Assembly (NCBI GenBank): GCA_963667785.2
Contig: CAXXMU010000002.1
Span: 160,001 to 224,000, forward strand
Direction: 5' to 3'
Source of the DNA: Alphaproteobacteria bacterium
GTDB taxonomy: Bacteria > Pseudomonadota > Alphaproteobacteria > UBA828
DNA: 64,000 bases
Shown here one piece after another: positions 1 through 10,285 of this stretch; position 1 is the first letter of the stretch; each line of letters opens with the position of its first letter. Under the pieces are notes generated by a model, which saw only the letters and a list, made by a program, of their open reading frames with translations, had not been told where the DNA came from and ran no database searches. The translations under genes were made by a program, and so were the position numbers.

Positions 1-1109
1 AGGGCCATGTGCCGGAGGTGGACGCGCCCGTCATCGGCCGGCTGGAGGGTGCCGGCGCCATCGTCCTCGGCAAGACCACCACGTCGGAGTTCGGCTGGTC
101 GGGGGTGAGCCACAGCCCGCTCACCGGCATCACGTCGAACCCGTGGAAGGAGGGCTACAACACGGGCGCCTCCTCGGCCGGCGCCGGCGCGGCAGCCGCC
201 GCCGGCTACGGGCCGCTGCACCAGGGCTCGGACGGCGCCGGCTCGATCCGCATGCCGTCGCACTTCAGCGGCATCTTCGGCCTCAAGCCGACCTACGGGC
301 GGGTGCCGAACTGGCCGGTGCCGAACAACGACCAGGTCTCCCACGTCGGGCCGATGACCCGCACCGTGGGCGATTCCGCGCTGATGCTGCAGGCGATGGC
401 AGGCCCGCATGCGTGGGATCACACCAGCCTGGAGGCCCCGCCCGCCGACTACCCAGCGCGGCTGGATGAGGGCATCGCCGGCCTCAGGGTCGCCTACAGC
501 CCCGACCTCGGCCACGCCAGGGTCGACGATGAGGTCGCGGCCCTGGTCAAGAACGCCGCCAAGGCGTTCGAGGGCCTGGGGTGTACGGTGGAGAGCCCCG
601 CTCTCCCCTTCGGCCCCGAGGGGCCGGAGATCATCCGCCTGCTCTGGCCGATCCACCTCCACGCCTACCGCCCGCTGCTTGCCGAGTTCGAGGACCGCAT
701 GGACCCCGGCCTGGTCGCTTGCATCCGCGCGGCCGACGGGATCAGCGGCGCGACTTACCTGGAGACGCGGGCGCGCAAGCTCGCCTACGTGGAATCGGTG
801 CACCGCTTCTTCGAGGATTGGGACCTGCTGCTCACGCCCGCCGTCTCTGTGCCGGCGTTCCCGGCCGAGCGGCTGCAGCCCGCGCACTGGCCCTCCCATC
901 CCTGGGACTGGATCATGTGGGCCGAGTTCTCCTACCCCTTCAACTTCAGCCAGAATCCCGCCGCTTCCGTGCCCTGCGGCTTTACCGACGCGGGCCTCCC
1001 GGTGGGGCTGCAGATCGTGGGCAGGCGCTTCGCCGACCTGACCGTGCTGCAGGCGGCGCGGGCCTTCGAGCAGGCACGCCCCTGGGCGGATCGTCGCCCG
1101 GCGCTCTGA
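1..1109 (+). CDS. Amidase signature family protein (5' end lies outside the window)
   Basis: LGKTTTSEFG and Gly/Ser-rich signature GASSAG...GSDGAGSIRMPS...GLKPTYGRVP, C-terminal GLPVGLQIVG; the frame is open from the window edge and the N-terminal catalytic Lys region is missing. Confidence 0.9.
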   Translation, partial: GHVPEVDAPVIGRLEGAGAIVLGKTTTSEFGWSGVSHSPLTGITSNPWKEGYNTGASSAGAGAAAAAGYGPLHQGSDGAGSIRMPSHFSGIFGLKPTYGRVPNWPVPNNDQVSHVGPMTRTVGDSALMLQAMAGPHAWDHTSLEAPPADYPARLDEGIAGLRVAYSPDLGHARVDDEVAALVKNAAKAFEGLGCTVESPALPFGPEGPEIIRLLWPIHLHAYRPLLAEFEDRMDPGLVACIRAADGISGATYLETRARKLAYVESVHRFFEDWDLLLTPAVSVPAFPAERLQPAHWPSHPWDWIMWAEFSYPFNFSQNPAASVPCGFTDAGLPVGLQIVGRRFADLTVLQAARAFEQARPWADRRPAL

Positions 1110-1180
1110 TCCGAGGAGACGGCATCCGGACGCCTATCGGACTTGCGATGCCGCTGCGCCGGCGGCACGACAATTTCCTG

Positions 1181-1244
1181 TTGACAGCCGGCGATGCACC
1201 GGCCACGTTTATCAACTAACAAAAAGAGATTGCGTAAATCGCAA
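1181..1244 (+). promoter_or_regulatory. Putative sigma70 promoter (TTGACA-N17-CACGTT) with a downstream palindrome TTGCG-N5-CGCAA, a candidate IclR-type operator
   Basis: TTGACA at 1181-1186, CACGTT at 1204-1209, inverted repeat at 1230-1244 in an AT-rich intergenic patch ahead of the 1331 operon. Confidence 0.5.
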
Positions 1245-1330
1245 GTTCGATGCCGCGTGCGGCACGCGAGGAGGATGGCTGCGAGGGCCGGCGGACGGCA
1301 GCCTGACTCCCGGCATCCGGAGGCAGCGTC

Positions 1331-3346
1331 ATGCCGAAGGGTTGGCAGGTCGGGATCGATGTCGGTGGCACGTTCACCGACGTGATCGCCGTGAGCCGGG
1401 CGCATGGCGAGGTCCGCGTTGCCAAGGTCCCCTCCCGCAGCGACGACCGCATCGCCGGTCTGATGGCGGCGCTCGCAGCCGTCGATCTCGACTGGTCGGC
1501 GGTGGACGATCTGATCCACGGCACGACCATCGTCACCAACGCCATCGTCCAGGGCCAGCACGCCAGGGTCGCGCTGATCGCCACCAAGGGGTTCTCGGAC
1601 ACGCTGGCGATCGGGCGCCAGAACCGGCGCCACCTCTACCGGCTCGACCTGCCGCCCAAGCTCCCGCCCCAGGTCCCCGCCGAGCGCCGCTTCGAGGTGA
1701 CCGAGCGGCTCGACCATGAGGGCCGGGTGCTGGTCGCGCTGAACCCGGACTCGGTAGACGACGCCGTCGATAGCATCGCGGCGTGCGGCGCCGAGGCCGT
1801 CGCCGTCTCGCTCCTCCATGCTTACGCGAACCCCGCGCACGAGGAGGCGCTGGGTGCGCGGCTGCGGGCGCGGGTTCCTTACGTGGCGCTCTCGCACCGG
1901 GTGAACCCCGAGGCGCGGGAGTACGAGCGCACGGCGACGACGGCGCTCAGCGCCGGCGTGATGCCGCTGGCCGCGTCCTATCTCGACGAGCTGGAGGAGG
2001 CGAAGCCGGCGGGCTCCGGCCTGCATCTCTTCCATTCCGCGGGCGGCATGGCATCGCCCGCGGCGCTCCGCGACTTGCCGCTCGGCCTCGCCGCCTCTGG
2101 CCCCGCCGCCGGTGTCGCTGCCGCAGGCCGCATGGCCCGCGCGCTCGGGCTGGAACGCGCCATCAGCTTCGACATGGGCGGAACCACTACCGACGTCTGC
2201 CTGATTCTCGACGGCGAGGCGCAGATTTCGAGCGACCGCTCCCTCGGCGGGCGGCCCCTGCGCCAGCCCATGGTGGCGGTGGAGTCCATCGGCGCGGGCG
2301 GCGGCTCCATCGCCCGGCTCGATCACGGCTCTCTCGCGGTCGGGCCGGAAAGCGCCGGCGCGGACCCGGGCCCGGCCTGCTACGCCAGGGGCGGCGACCG
2401 CCCCACGGTGACCGACGCCAATCTGGTGCTCGGCTATATGGACAAGGAGCGTGTTCTCGGCGGCGGCCTCAGCCTCGATGCCGCCGCCGCCCGCGACGCG
2501 CTGGCGCCGCTTGCCGCGGGCATGGAGATGGCCGTGGAGGGTGCCGCTCTGGGCGTCGTCAGGGTGGCCAACGCGGCCATGCTGCGCGCGCTGCGCCGGG
2601 TTACGGTGGAGCGCGGCGTGGATGGCCGCGGCTGCACGCTGCTCGCCTTCGGCGGCGCAGGCCCGATGCATGCGGTGGCGCTGGCGCGCGCCTTCTCCAT
2701 CGCCGACGTCGTGGTTCCCGCCCACTCCAGCATCTTCTCTGCGCTCGGCTGCGTCGGCGCGGAGATGAGCTACGCGCAGCAGCGCACGCTGCGCATGGCG
2801 TCGGACGCCTGGGACGGAACGCGCGTCGACCGGGTGCGGCGGGAGCTGCGCGCCGATCTCGCCGCGCCGCTCGCAGCCGCCGGCCATGACGAGGGCGAGC
2901 TTTCGGTGGAGGAGGTGGCATCGGTCCGCTACCGCAGCCAGAGCTACGCCATCGAGGTGGCGGATGCGTCGTTCGACGACCCGGCCCGCCTGGGCCGCGC
3001 CTTCAGGGAGCGGCATCGGGCGCTCTACGGCTTCGCGACCGAGGAGCCGTGGGAGCTGGAATCGATCCGCATGCGCCTCGCTGCGCCCCGCAACGGCCTC
3101 GCCCATCCGCCCGCCGCCGCGGCCAACGAGGCGCCCGAGCCGGTCGAGACGCTGCCGTGCACGTTCGGGCCCGGCGCGCCGCTGCTGACGCCCCGCTACG
3201 ACCGCGCCGGCCTCGGCCCCGACGTGCCGCTGGCGGGGCCCGTCATCGTCGACGACGCGTGGTCGACCGTCGTGGTGCCGCCCGGTGCGACGCTCACCGC
3301 CGATGCCGCCGGCCATCTCCACATCGCCACGGGGGCGGGCCGGTGA
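1331..3346 (+). CDS. Hydantoinase/oxoprolinase subunit A (HyuA/OplA-like, ATP-dependent)
   Basis: GIDVGGTFTD, HGTTIVTNA, SGPAAGV, FDMGGTTTD, IGAGGGSI, GPESAGADPGPACY, PTVTDAN, AFGGAGPMH motifs. Confidence 0.92.
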   Translation: MPKGWQVGIDVGGTFTDVIAVSRAHGEVRVAKVPSRSDDRIAGLMAALAAVDLDWSAVDDLIHGTTIVTNAIVQGQHARVALIATKGFSDTLAIGRQNRRHLYRLDLPPKLPPQVPAERRFEVTERLDHEGRVLVALNPDSVDDAVDSIAACGAEAVAVSLLHAYANPAHEEALGARLRARVPYVALSHRVNPEAREYERTATTALSAGVMPLAASYLDELEEAKPAGSGLHLFHSAGGMASPAALRDLPLGLAASGPAAGVAAAGRMARALGLERAISFDMGGTTTDVCLILDGEAQISSDRSLGGRPLRQPMVAVESIGAGGGSIARLDHGSLAVGPESAGADPGPACYARGGDRPTVTDANLVLGYMDKERVLGGGLSLDAAAARDALAPLAAGMEMAVEGAALGVVRVANAAMLRALRRVTVERGVDGRGCTLLAFGGAGPMHAVALARAFSIADVVVPAHSSIFSALGCVGAEMSYAQQRTLRMASDAWDGTRVDRVRRELRADLAAPLAAAGHDEGELSVEEVASVRYRSQSYAIEVADASFDDPARLGRAFRERHRALYGFATEEPWELESIRMRLAAPRNGLAHPPAAAANEAPEPVETLPCTFGPGAPLLTPRYDRAGLGPDVPLAGPVIVDDAWSTVVVPPGATLTADAAGHLHIATGAGR

Positions 3347-4938
3347 GCGGCGCCGTCGATCCCGTGACCCTCGAGGTGATCCGCCACGCGCTGACGGCGA
3401 CGGCGGAGGAGATGTCGCTCGTGGTCATGCGCTCGGCGCGCTCGCCGCTGCTGCGCGAGGCCGGCGACCTCTCGTCGGCGCTGACCGATGCCGACGGCCA
3501 CCTCATCGCCCAGGGCCGCGACATTCCCATGCACATGGGGGTGATGAGCTTCACCGTCCGCGAGTTCCTGAAGCGGGTGCCGCGCGAGCGGCTGGAGCCC
3601 GGCGACGTCTGGTTCCTCAACCTGCCGGAGGTCGGCGGCAACCACCTGCCGGACGTGAAGGCGATCCGGCCGATCTTCGTGGACGACGCGATCGTGGCCT
3701 TCGCGGCGAGCCTCGCCCACTGGGCGGATATCGGCGGCGCCGTGCCCGGCAGCTACGTCGCCGGCGCCACCGACGCCTGGCAGGAGGGCCTGCGCATCCC
3801 GCCCTTCCGTCTCTTCACCGCCGCCGGGCCCGACCGCGAGAAGCTCGACATGATCTGCGCCAACGTGCGCGGCGCGGACGAGCGCGAAGGCGACATCCTG
3901 GCCCAGGTCGCGGCCAGCCGGGCGGCCGAGGAGCGCGTGCACCAGATCTGCGCCGAGCACGGCACCGAGACGGTGACCGCCGCCATCGCCGCCATCCACG
4001 ACCGGGCCGAGGCGCAGATGCGCACAGCACTCGCGGCGATCCCCGACGGCGACTACGCGGGCGAGGACTGGCTCGACGACGATGCCGGCGGCGGCGGCCC
4101 CGTCGCCGTCCGCGTGCGCGCGACCATCGCGGGCGATCATGCGCGCTTCGACTTCTCGGAGACCGACGACGCGGCGCGGGGGCCGGTGAACACCACGCCC
4201 TTCATCGCCGCGGCCTCTGTCTTCTACGTGGTGAAGGCGCTGTTCGGTCCCGACATCCAGCCGAGCGGCGGCTGCTACCGGCCGCTGGAGATCGTGACCC
4301 GGCCCGGCTCGCTGCTCGATCCCGGCCCGGAAAGCCCCGTGGTGGGCGGCAATCACGAGACCTCGCAGCGGATCGCCGACGCCGTGTTCCGGGCGCTGGA
4401 GCCGACCGGGCCGGAGCGGCTCACGGCCGGCGGGCCGACCACGTCCGGCCTGGTGCTGTTCGGCGGCAGGCGGAGCGACGGTGCCTGGACCACGCTCTAC
4501 GAGGTCCACGGCGGCGGTGAGGGCGCGCGGCACGACCGCGACGGGGCGCCGGTGATCCGGGTCCACATGTCCAACGTGATGAACACGCCGGCCGAGGTGG
4601 TCGAGGCCGAGTATCCCATCCGCATCGAGTGCCAGCGCCTGCGCCGCGACTCCGGCGGTGCCGGCCGCCACCGCGGCGGCGAGGGGCTGCATCGCGAATA
4701 CAGGGTTCTGGGCGACGACATGTCGGTGACCTCGATGTTCGAGCGCCGCGTGGTGCCGCCCTACGGCCTGCAGGGCGGCGAGGAAGGCGCGCCCTTCCGC
4801 GTGACCGTCGTCCGTGCGGAAGGCCGCAGCTACGACATGCCGGGAAAGGCGAACCTCCGGCTCGGCGAGAACGACCTGGTCGTCGTCGAGAGCTGCGGCG
4901 GCGGCGGATACGGGCAGCCAGAAAGCGAAGGCCGATGA
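3343..4938 (+). CDS. Hydantoinase/oxoprolinase subunit B (HyuB/OplB-like)
   Basis: GTG start overlaps the upstream TGA; DPVTLEVI, RSARSPLLREAGDLS, GGNHLPD, AHWADIGG, QEGLRIPP, NTPAEVVE, GGGGYG. Confidence 0.92.
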   Translation: MSGAVDPVTLEVIRHALTATAEEMSLVVMRSARSPLLREAGDLSSALTDADGHLIAQGRDIPMHMGVMSFTVREFLKRVPRERLEPGDVWFLNLPEVGGNHLPDVKAIRPIFVDDAIVAFAASLAHWADIGGAVPGSYVAGATDAWQEGLRIPPFRLFTAAGPDREKLDMICANVRGADEREGDILAQVAASRAAEERVHQICAEHGTETVTAAIAAIHDRAEAQMRTALAAIPDGDYAGEDWLDDDAGGGGPVAVRVRATIAGDHARFDFSETDDAARGPVNTTPFIAAASVFYVVKALFGPDIQPSGGCYRPLEIVTRPGSLLDPGPESPVVGGNHETSQRIADAVFRALEPTGPERLTAGGPTTSGLVLFGGRRSDGAWTTLYEVHGGGEGARHDRDGAPVIRVHMSNVMNTPAEVVEAEYPIRIECQRLRRDSGGAGRHRGGEGLHREYRVLGDDMSVTSMFERRVVPPYGLQGGEEGAPFRVTVVRAEGRSYDMPGKANLRLGENDLVVVESCGGGGYGQPESEGR

Positions 4939-5750
4939 ACGCACGAACGAAGCAGGGGAACGGTGCAGTGAAGCTGGATGGCAGGAAGGCAATCGTCACG
5001 GGCGCGGCGAAGGGCATGGGCGCCGCCATCACGACGACGCTGGCGCGCGAGGGCGCCGACGTCGTGCTGACCGCCCGCGACACCGAGCCGCTCGAACGGG
5101 TGGCGGAGGATGTCCGGGCGCTGGGGCGCACGGCCCACGTGATCGGCTGCGACGTGACCGAGGATGCCGAGGTCAAGGCCATGGTCGATGCGGCGCTCGG
5201 CGCCTTCGACGGGCGCATCGACATCCTGGTCAACATCGCCGGCGTCACCGGGCCGATCGAGACGCCGGTGCAGGACATCGACGTGGCCGACTTCGACTAC
5301 GTCATCACCGCCAACGAGCGCGGCACCTTCCTGCCCATCAAGTATGTGGTGCCGACCATGATCGCCCAGCGAAGCGGCAAGATCGTCAATATCGGCGGCA
5401 CCTCGGGCCTGCGCGGCTACGCCATGCGGACCGCCTACAGCGCGTCCAAGTGGGCGGTGCGCGGGATCACGCGCACCGTCGCGCTCGAGGTCGGCAAGTA
5501 CAACGTCAACGTCAACGCCGTCTGCCCCGGCATCGTCGAGACGCCGCGCATGCAGAAGCTCTGCGAGGAGAAGGCCCGCGTGCGCGGCTGGACGGTGGAC
5601 GAGGTGTACGACGAGTACGTGCAGGAGATGTGCCTCAAGCGCGTCACCACCTGCCAGGACGTGGCCAACGCCGTGCTCTTCATGGCGAGCGAGGACAGCC
5701 GCCAGATCACCGGCCAGGCCATCACGGTCGACGGTGGCTGGGACGTGTGA
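4935..5750 (+). CDS. Short-chain dehydrogenase/reductase (classical SDR)
   Basis: TGAAKGMG Rossmann motif, NIAG, YSASK catalytic motif, VNAVCPG, ITGQAITVDGG; ATGA overlap (alternative GTG at 4968). Confidence 0.9.
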   Translation: MNARTKQGNGAVKLDGRKAIVTGAAKGMGAAITTTLAREGADVVLTARDTEPLERVAEDVRALGRTAHVIGCDVTEDAEVKAMVDAALGAFDGRIDILVNIAGVTGPIETPVQDIDVADFDYVITANERGTFLPIKYVVPTMIAQRSGKIVNIGGTSGLRGYAMRTAYSASKWAVRGITRTVALEVGKYNVNVNAVCPGIVETPRMQKLCEEKARVRGWTVDEVYDEYVQEMCLKRVTTCQDVANAVLFMASEDSRQITGQAITVDGGWDV

Positions 5751-5784
5751 GGCGGCAGCGCAGGCGATAGCGGGAGGCGTCACG

Positions 5785-6651
5785 ATGTACGCGCCGTTCG
5801 AACTGGACATTCCGAACGATCTGGCGGGCGCCTTGGCGGCGCTCGCGAACGGGGCCGGCGAGGCGGTTCTCCCCCTCGCCGGCGGCACCAACCTCATCGT
5901 CGACATCCGCGCCGGGCGCGAGCGGCCCGACCGGATGGTGGGCCTCGACGGGGTCGACGAGCTCAAGGGCATGGAGTTCGGGCCGGAGCGCGTCACCATC
6001 GGCGGCCGCACCACGGTGAGTGACCTGCTGCGCTCGCCCGAGATCGCCCGGGAGGCGCCCTCGCTGGTCGAAGCCGCGCGCCTCTTCGGCGGCCTGATGG
6101 TGCGCAACACAGGCACCGTCGCCGGCAACATCGCCAGCGGCTCGCCGGCGGCCGACCTGGTGCCGCCGCTGCTCACGCTCGACGCCGAGTTGGTGCTTCA
6201 GAGCGCCGCGTCCACGCGCACGCTGGCGCTGGACGACTACTACCTCGGCTACAAGCAGGACGCGCGGCGGCCGGACGAGCTGATCACCCGGATCTCGTGG
6301 CCGCGCCTGCCGGAGAACGCCGTCAACACCTTCTACAAGCTCGCCCGGCGCAAGGGCGACGCGATCACGGTGACCGGCGTGGCGGTGACGCTGGCGGCGG
6401 CGGGCGGCACCTGCACCAGGGCGCGGATCGCCCTCGCCTCCGTCGCGCCGGTGGTGCGCCGCGTCAAGGAGGCCGAGGCGCTGCTGGAGGGCCGGGCGCT
6501 GACGCCGTCGCTGATCGACGAGGCGGCGGAGGCGGCGGCGGAGGCGTGCACGCCCATCGACGATATCCGGGCCTCCGCCGATTACCGCCGACACACAGTC
6601 CGGGCGCTGACCCGCCGCCTCGTTGCCGGGGCGTGGGACCGGCTGGCCTAG
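5785..6651 (+). CDS. Molybdenum hydroxylase FAD-binding (medium, CoxM/XdhB-like) subunit
   Basis: LAGGTNL, VRNTGTVAGNI, SPAADL, PIDDIRASADYR; GGGAGG RBS before ATG 5785. Confidence 0.9.
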   Translation: MYAPFELDIPNDLAGALAALANGAGEAVLPLAGGTNLIVDIRAGRERPDRMVGLDGVDELKGMEFGPERVTIGGRTTVSDLLRSPEIAREAPSLVEAARLFGGLMVRNTGTVAGNIASGSPAADLVPPLLTLDAELVLQSAASTRTLALDDYYLGYKQDARRPDELITRISWPRLPENAVNTFYKLARRKGDAITVTGVAVTLAAAGGTCTRARIALASVAPVVRRVKEAEALLEGRALTPSLIDEAAEAAAEACTPIDDIRASADYRRHTVRALTRRLVAGAWDRLA

Positions 6652-6664
6652 GGGAGTGACGCGC

Positions 6665-7153
6665 ATGTCCGAGACAAGAAACATCACGCTCCGCATCAAC
6701 GGCCGCGAGGAGGAGGGGCGCTTCCCCGCCCATCGCACCCTGCTGGAGGCGCTGCGCCAGCTCGGCCACATGGAGGTGAAGTGCGGCTGCGAGAAGGGCG
6801 ACTGCGGCGCCTGCGCCGTGCTGCTGGACGGCATGGCCGTGGACAGTTGCCTGACGCTGGCCTGGATGGCGGCCGGCAAGGAGGTCACCACCGTCTCCGG
6901 CCTCGGCGATCTCGATGCGCCCCATCCCTTGCAGGAGGCGTTCGCCGACAGCGGCGCCGCGCAGTGCGGCTACTGCATTCCGGGGATCATCATCGCGGCC
7001 CAGGCGATTATCGGCGAGAACCCGGAGCCGACGGAGGACGACATCCGCCTCGGCCTCAGCGGCAATCTCTGCCGCTGCACCGGCTACACCAAGATCTTCG
7101 AGGCCATCGCCGACGCGGCCAGAGAGATGCGCGCCGAGGGAGGTGAGCAATGA
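6665..7153 (+). CDS. Molybdenum hydroxylase 2Fe-2S (small, CoxS-like) subunit
   Basis: GCEKGDCGACAV...C and QCGYC...GNLCRCTGY cluster ligands. Confidence 0.93.
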   Translation: MSETRNITLRINGREEEGRFPAHRTLLEALRQLGHMEVKCGCEKGDCGACAVLLDGMAVDSCLTLAWMAAGKEVTTVSGLGDLDAPHPLQEAFADSGAAQCGYCIPGIIIAAQAIIGENPEPTEDDIRLGLSGNLCRCTGYTKIFEAIADAAREMRAEGGEQ

Positions 7154-9492
7154 CCTACACCGACATCGATCCGGGGGCGCTGGCCAACGTCCAGTTCCGG
7201 CAGGTCGGCAAGCCGCTGACCCGCACCGACGCGCCGGGCAAGGTCACCGGGCGGACGCCCTACGCCGGCGACTACGTGATGCCGGGCATGCTGCACATGC
7301 GGGTGGTGCGCGCCGACATCGCGAGCGCCCGCCTCGTCCAGCTCGATGTCTCCCGCGCCAGGGCGCTCAAGGGTGTCGCCTGCGTGCTGACCGCCGCCGA
7401 CATGCCCGACCGCACGTCGGCCACCGACATCCCCGGCCAGACCGGCCAGAAGAGGCTGGATACCGACCAGCCGGTTCTGGTGAAGGATCGGGTCCGCTAC
7501 TTCGGCGAACCGCTCGCCCTGATCGCGGCGGAGACCCGTGACATCGCCGACCACGCGGCGGCGCTCGTCGAGTTCGAGCTTGAGCCGATCCCCGGCGTCT
7601 ACGATCCGCTGGAGGCGCTGAAGCCCGGCGCGCCGCAGGTCTATGGCGCCGACAACATCGTCGCCACGCGCAGGATCAGGAAGGGCGATGTCGAGGCGGG
7701 ATTCGCCCGGGCCGATCTCATCGTCGAGAACACCTACAAGACGCCGTTTCAGGAGCACGCCTTCCTGGAGCCCGAGGTGGGCCTCGCCTGGGTGGACGAG
7801 AACGACGTGGTCAACATCCGCGTCTCGACCCAGGTGATCGAGCACTTCCGGCCCATCGCCGACGCCATCGGCGTGCCGCACAACAAGGTCCGCGTGCGGG
7901 GCGCGCTGGTGGGCGGTGGCTTCGGCGGCAAGGAGGACATGACCGTCGAGGTCTATCTCGCGCTGCTCGCGAAGCACACGGGTAGGCCGGTGCGGCTCGA
8001 ATACTCGCGCGAGGATTCCTTCGTCGGCCACGGCAAGCGCCACCCCTTCATCCTCACCTACCGCACCGGGGTGACGAAGGAGGGCAAGATCACCGCCCTC
8101 GAGGTGACGATGATCGCGGACGCCGGCGCCTACGTCTTCCTCAGCCCCTACGTCATCCTCTACGCGCTGGTCGCAGCCCCCGGCCCCTACCGGGTCGACA
8201 ATCTCAACGTCTTCGCGCAGGCGGTCGCCACCAACAACATGTACACGAGCGCCTTCCGCGGCTTCGGCGCGCTGCAGGCCTGCGCGGCCTACGAGCAGCA
8301 GATGGACGAGATCGCGGACGCGCTCGGCATCGACCGCCTGGAGCTCCGCCGGCGCAACTTCCTGAAGACCGGCGAGCCCATGTCCACCGGCTTCGTCCCG
8401 CCGAGCGCCATCTGGACCGAGCAGTGCGCGGAGAAGGCCTGGGCCGGGCTGGGCGAGCCCACGCCGGCGCAAGGCCCGATACGGACCGGGCGCGGCCTCG
8501 CCTGCTACCAGCAGAGCTACGGCCGCCTCACCTTCCTGCACGACACCTCGGAAGCGTGGGTCGGCGTCGAGATGGACGGCACCGTCGTGGTGCGCTCCGG
8601 CGTCACCGACATCGGTGCCGGCCAGATTTCGGCGCTCGGCCAGATCGCGGTGGAGGTGCTGGGCGTCACGCTGGACAACGTCGTCATCTACAACAGCGAT
8701 TCCGCCGTGACCCCGCTCGCCGGCACCACGACCGCGACGCGCGCGCTCTACATGACCGGCAACGCCGCCAAGCAGGCGGCCGAAGGGCTTCGCGCCCGGC
8801 TGGTCGAACGCGCGGCGCAGGAATTCGGCGTGGCGCCCGACGAGATCGACTTGGGCTTCAACGAGGTCTTCGTCATCGACAGGCCGGAGAAGACCATGCC
8901 GCTGGTCGAGCTGGTGCGGATCTGCGCGGCTGAAGGCATCCACCGCTCGGAACTGGCCATCTTCCGTGCCCCGTTCGGCGATTTCCTCGATCCCGAGACC
9001 GGCCAGGGGCAGGCCCATCCCGACTATGCCTACGGCGCCCACGCGGTGGAGGTTTCCGTCGACGTGGAGACCGGCGAGGTCGAGGTGCTGAAGAGCGTGG
9101 CCGCGCACGATGTCGGCCAGTGCATCAACCCGGCGGCCGTTGAGGGCCAGATTCAGGGAGGCGCGCAGAACGGGCAGGGCTACGCGCTCAGCGAGGAGAT
9201 GCTCTACGAGGAGGGCCGCCTGGTCACGCCGTCGTTCAGCGAGTACCTGATGCCGACGGCCATGGACATGCCGAAGGTCGAGTGCATCATCCTCGAATCC
9301 CGCAGCGGCGTCGGGCCCTTTGGCGCCAAGGGCATCGGCGAGCCGGCCATGACTGCCGTGGCGCCCGCCATCGCCAACGCCGTCGCCGACGCCATCGGCG
9401 TGCGCGTCTTCGAGATGCCGATCACGCCGGAGCGCGTGGTCCGGGCGTTGCACGGGAAGAGCGCTGCGGAACAGGGCCGGGATCCGGCGTGA
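7150..9492 (+). CDS. Xanthine dehydrogenase-family molybdopterin-binding large subunit
   Basis: QEHAFLEPE, GGGFGGKE, SAFRGFG, GQIQGG, GAKGIGEP motifs; ATGA overlap with the small subunit. Confidence 0.92.
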   Translation: MTYTDIDPGALANVQFRQVGKPLTRTDAPGKVTGRTPYAGDYVMPGMLHMRVVRADIASARLVQLDVSRARALKGVACVLTAADMPDRTSATDIPGQTGQKRLDTDQPVLVKDRVRYFGEPLALIAAETRDIADHAAALVEFELEPIPGVYDPLEALKPGAPQVYGADNIVATRRIRKGDVEAGFARADLIVENTYKTPFQEHAFLEPEVGLAWVDENDVVNIRVSTQVIEHFRPIADAIGVPHNKVRVRGALVGGGFGGKEDMTVEVYLALLAKHTGRPVRLEYSREDSFVGHGKRHPFILTYRTGVTKEGKITALEVTMIADAGAYVFLSPYVILYALVAAPGPYRVDNLNVFAQAVATNNMYTSAFRGFGALQACAAYEQQMDEIADALGIDRLELRRRNFLKTGEPMSTGFVPPSAIWTEQCAEKAWAGLGEPTPAQGPIRTGRGLACYQQSYGRLTFLHDTSEAWVGVEMDGTVVVRSGVTDIGAGQISALGQIAVEVLGVTLDNVVIYNSDSAVTPLAGTTTATRALYMTGNAAKQAAEGLRARLVERAAQEFGVAPDEIDLGFNEVFVIDRPEKTMPLVELVRICAAEGIHRSELAIFRAPFGDFLDPETGQGQAHPDYAYGAHAVEVSVDVETGEVEVLKSVAAHDVGQCINPAAVEGQIQGGAQNGQGYALSEEMLYEEGRLVTPSFSEYLMPTAMDMPKVECIILESRSGVGPFGAKGIGEPAMTAVAPAIANAVADAIGVRVFEMPITPERVVRALHGKSAAEQGRDPA

Positions 9493-9517
9493 GCGCCGGC
9501 CTGCGGCGAGCCGAGGC

Positions 9518-10279
9518 ATGTCCGAGACCAACGACAAGCCGCTGAGCCGGTACATCCGGGTGCTGGAGACGGTCGCCCACGCCAGGACGGGCGTGACGCT
9601 CACGGACATCGCCAGGGAGCTGGAGCTGCATCCGGGGACGGCGCATCGCCTGATCCGCGGTCTCGTCGCTCTCGACCTGCTGCACAGTCCGGCCGGAACC
9701 AAGAGCTACGTGGCCGGTGCCAGGCTTCAGTCTCTCCTCCACGCGACCATGGACCGCGCGGGCTATGCGGCGTTCGCGAAGTCCGTCCTCGACGGGCTCG
9801 TGGCGGAGTTCGGCGAGACCGCCCATCTGGCGCGGCTGAGCGGCGACTTCGCCGAGTCCGTGCTGATGGAGCAGCCGTCGGGCTCCGACCGCGCCTTCGT
9901 GCAGCCGGGGCGCCAGCTTCCGTTGCACGCGGCGGCGTCGGGCAAGGCGATCCTCGCCTTTCAGGACGAGGACTTCGTGGCGCGCTATCTCACGCGGCCG
10001 CGCGAGCAGTTCACGGAAAGGACCAAGGTCGGCGAGACCGCCATCCGCAACGAGATCGACCGCATTCGCGCCGACGGGATGGCGGTCTGCGACAACGAGC
10101 TCGACAGCGGCGTGCTCAGCTACGGGCACCCGGTGCGGATCGGCGGCGGTCAGGTCCTCTATTCGGTCGGCATCACCGGGCTCGCCGACCGCTTCCGCCC
10201 CATCGATCGCTCCAGGATCAAGCTGAGGCTCTCGGAGGCGGCGGCCGATCTCGGCAGGAGGCTCGGGTTCACAGGCTAA
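9518..10279 (+). CDS. IclR family transcriptional regulator
   Basis: N-terminal HTH (TLTDIARELELHPGTAHRL), GETAHL, PGRQLPLHAAASGKAILA. Confidence 0.9.
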   Translation: MSETNDKPLSRYIRVLETVAHARTGVTLTDIARELELHPGTAHRLIRGLVALDLLHSPAGTKSYVAGARLQSLLHATMDRAGYAAFAKSVLDGLVAEFGETAHLARLSGDFAESVLMEQPSGSDRAFVQPGRQLPLHAAASGKAILAFQDEDFVARYLTRPREQFTERTKVGETAIRNEIDRIRADGMAVCDNELDSGVLSYGHPVRIGGGQVLYSVGITGLADRFRPIDRSRIKLRLSEAAADLGRRLGFTG

Positions 10280-10285
10280 GGGAAT

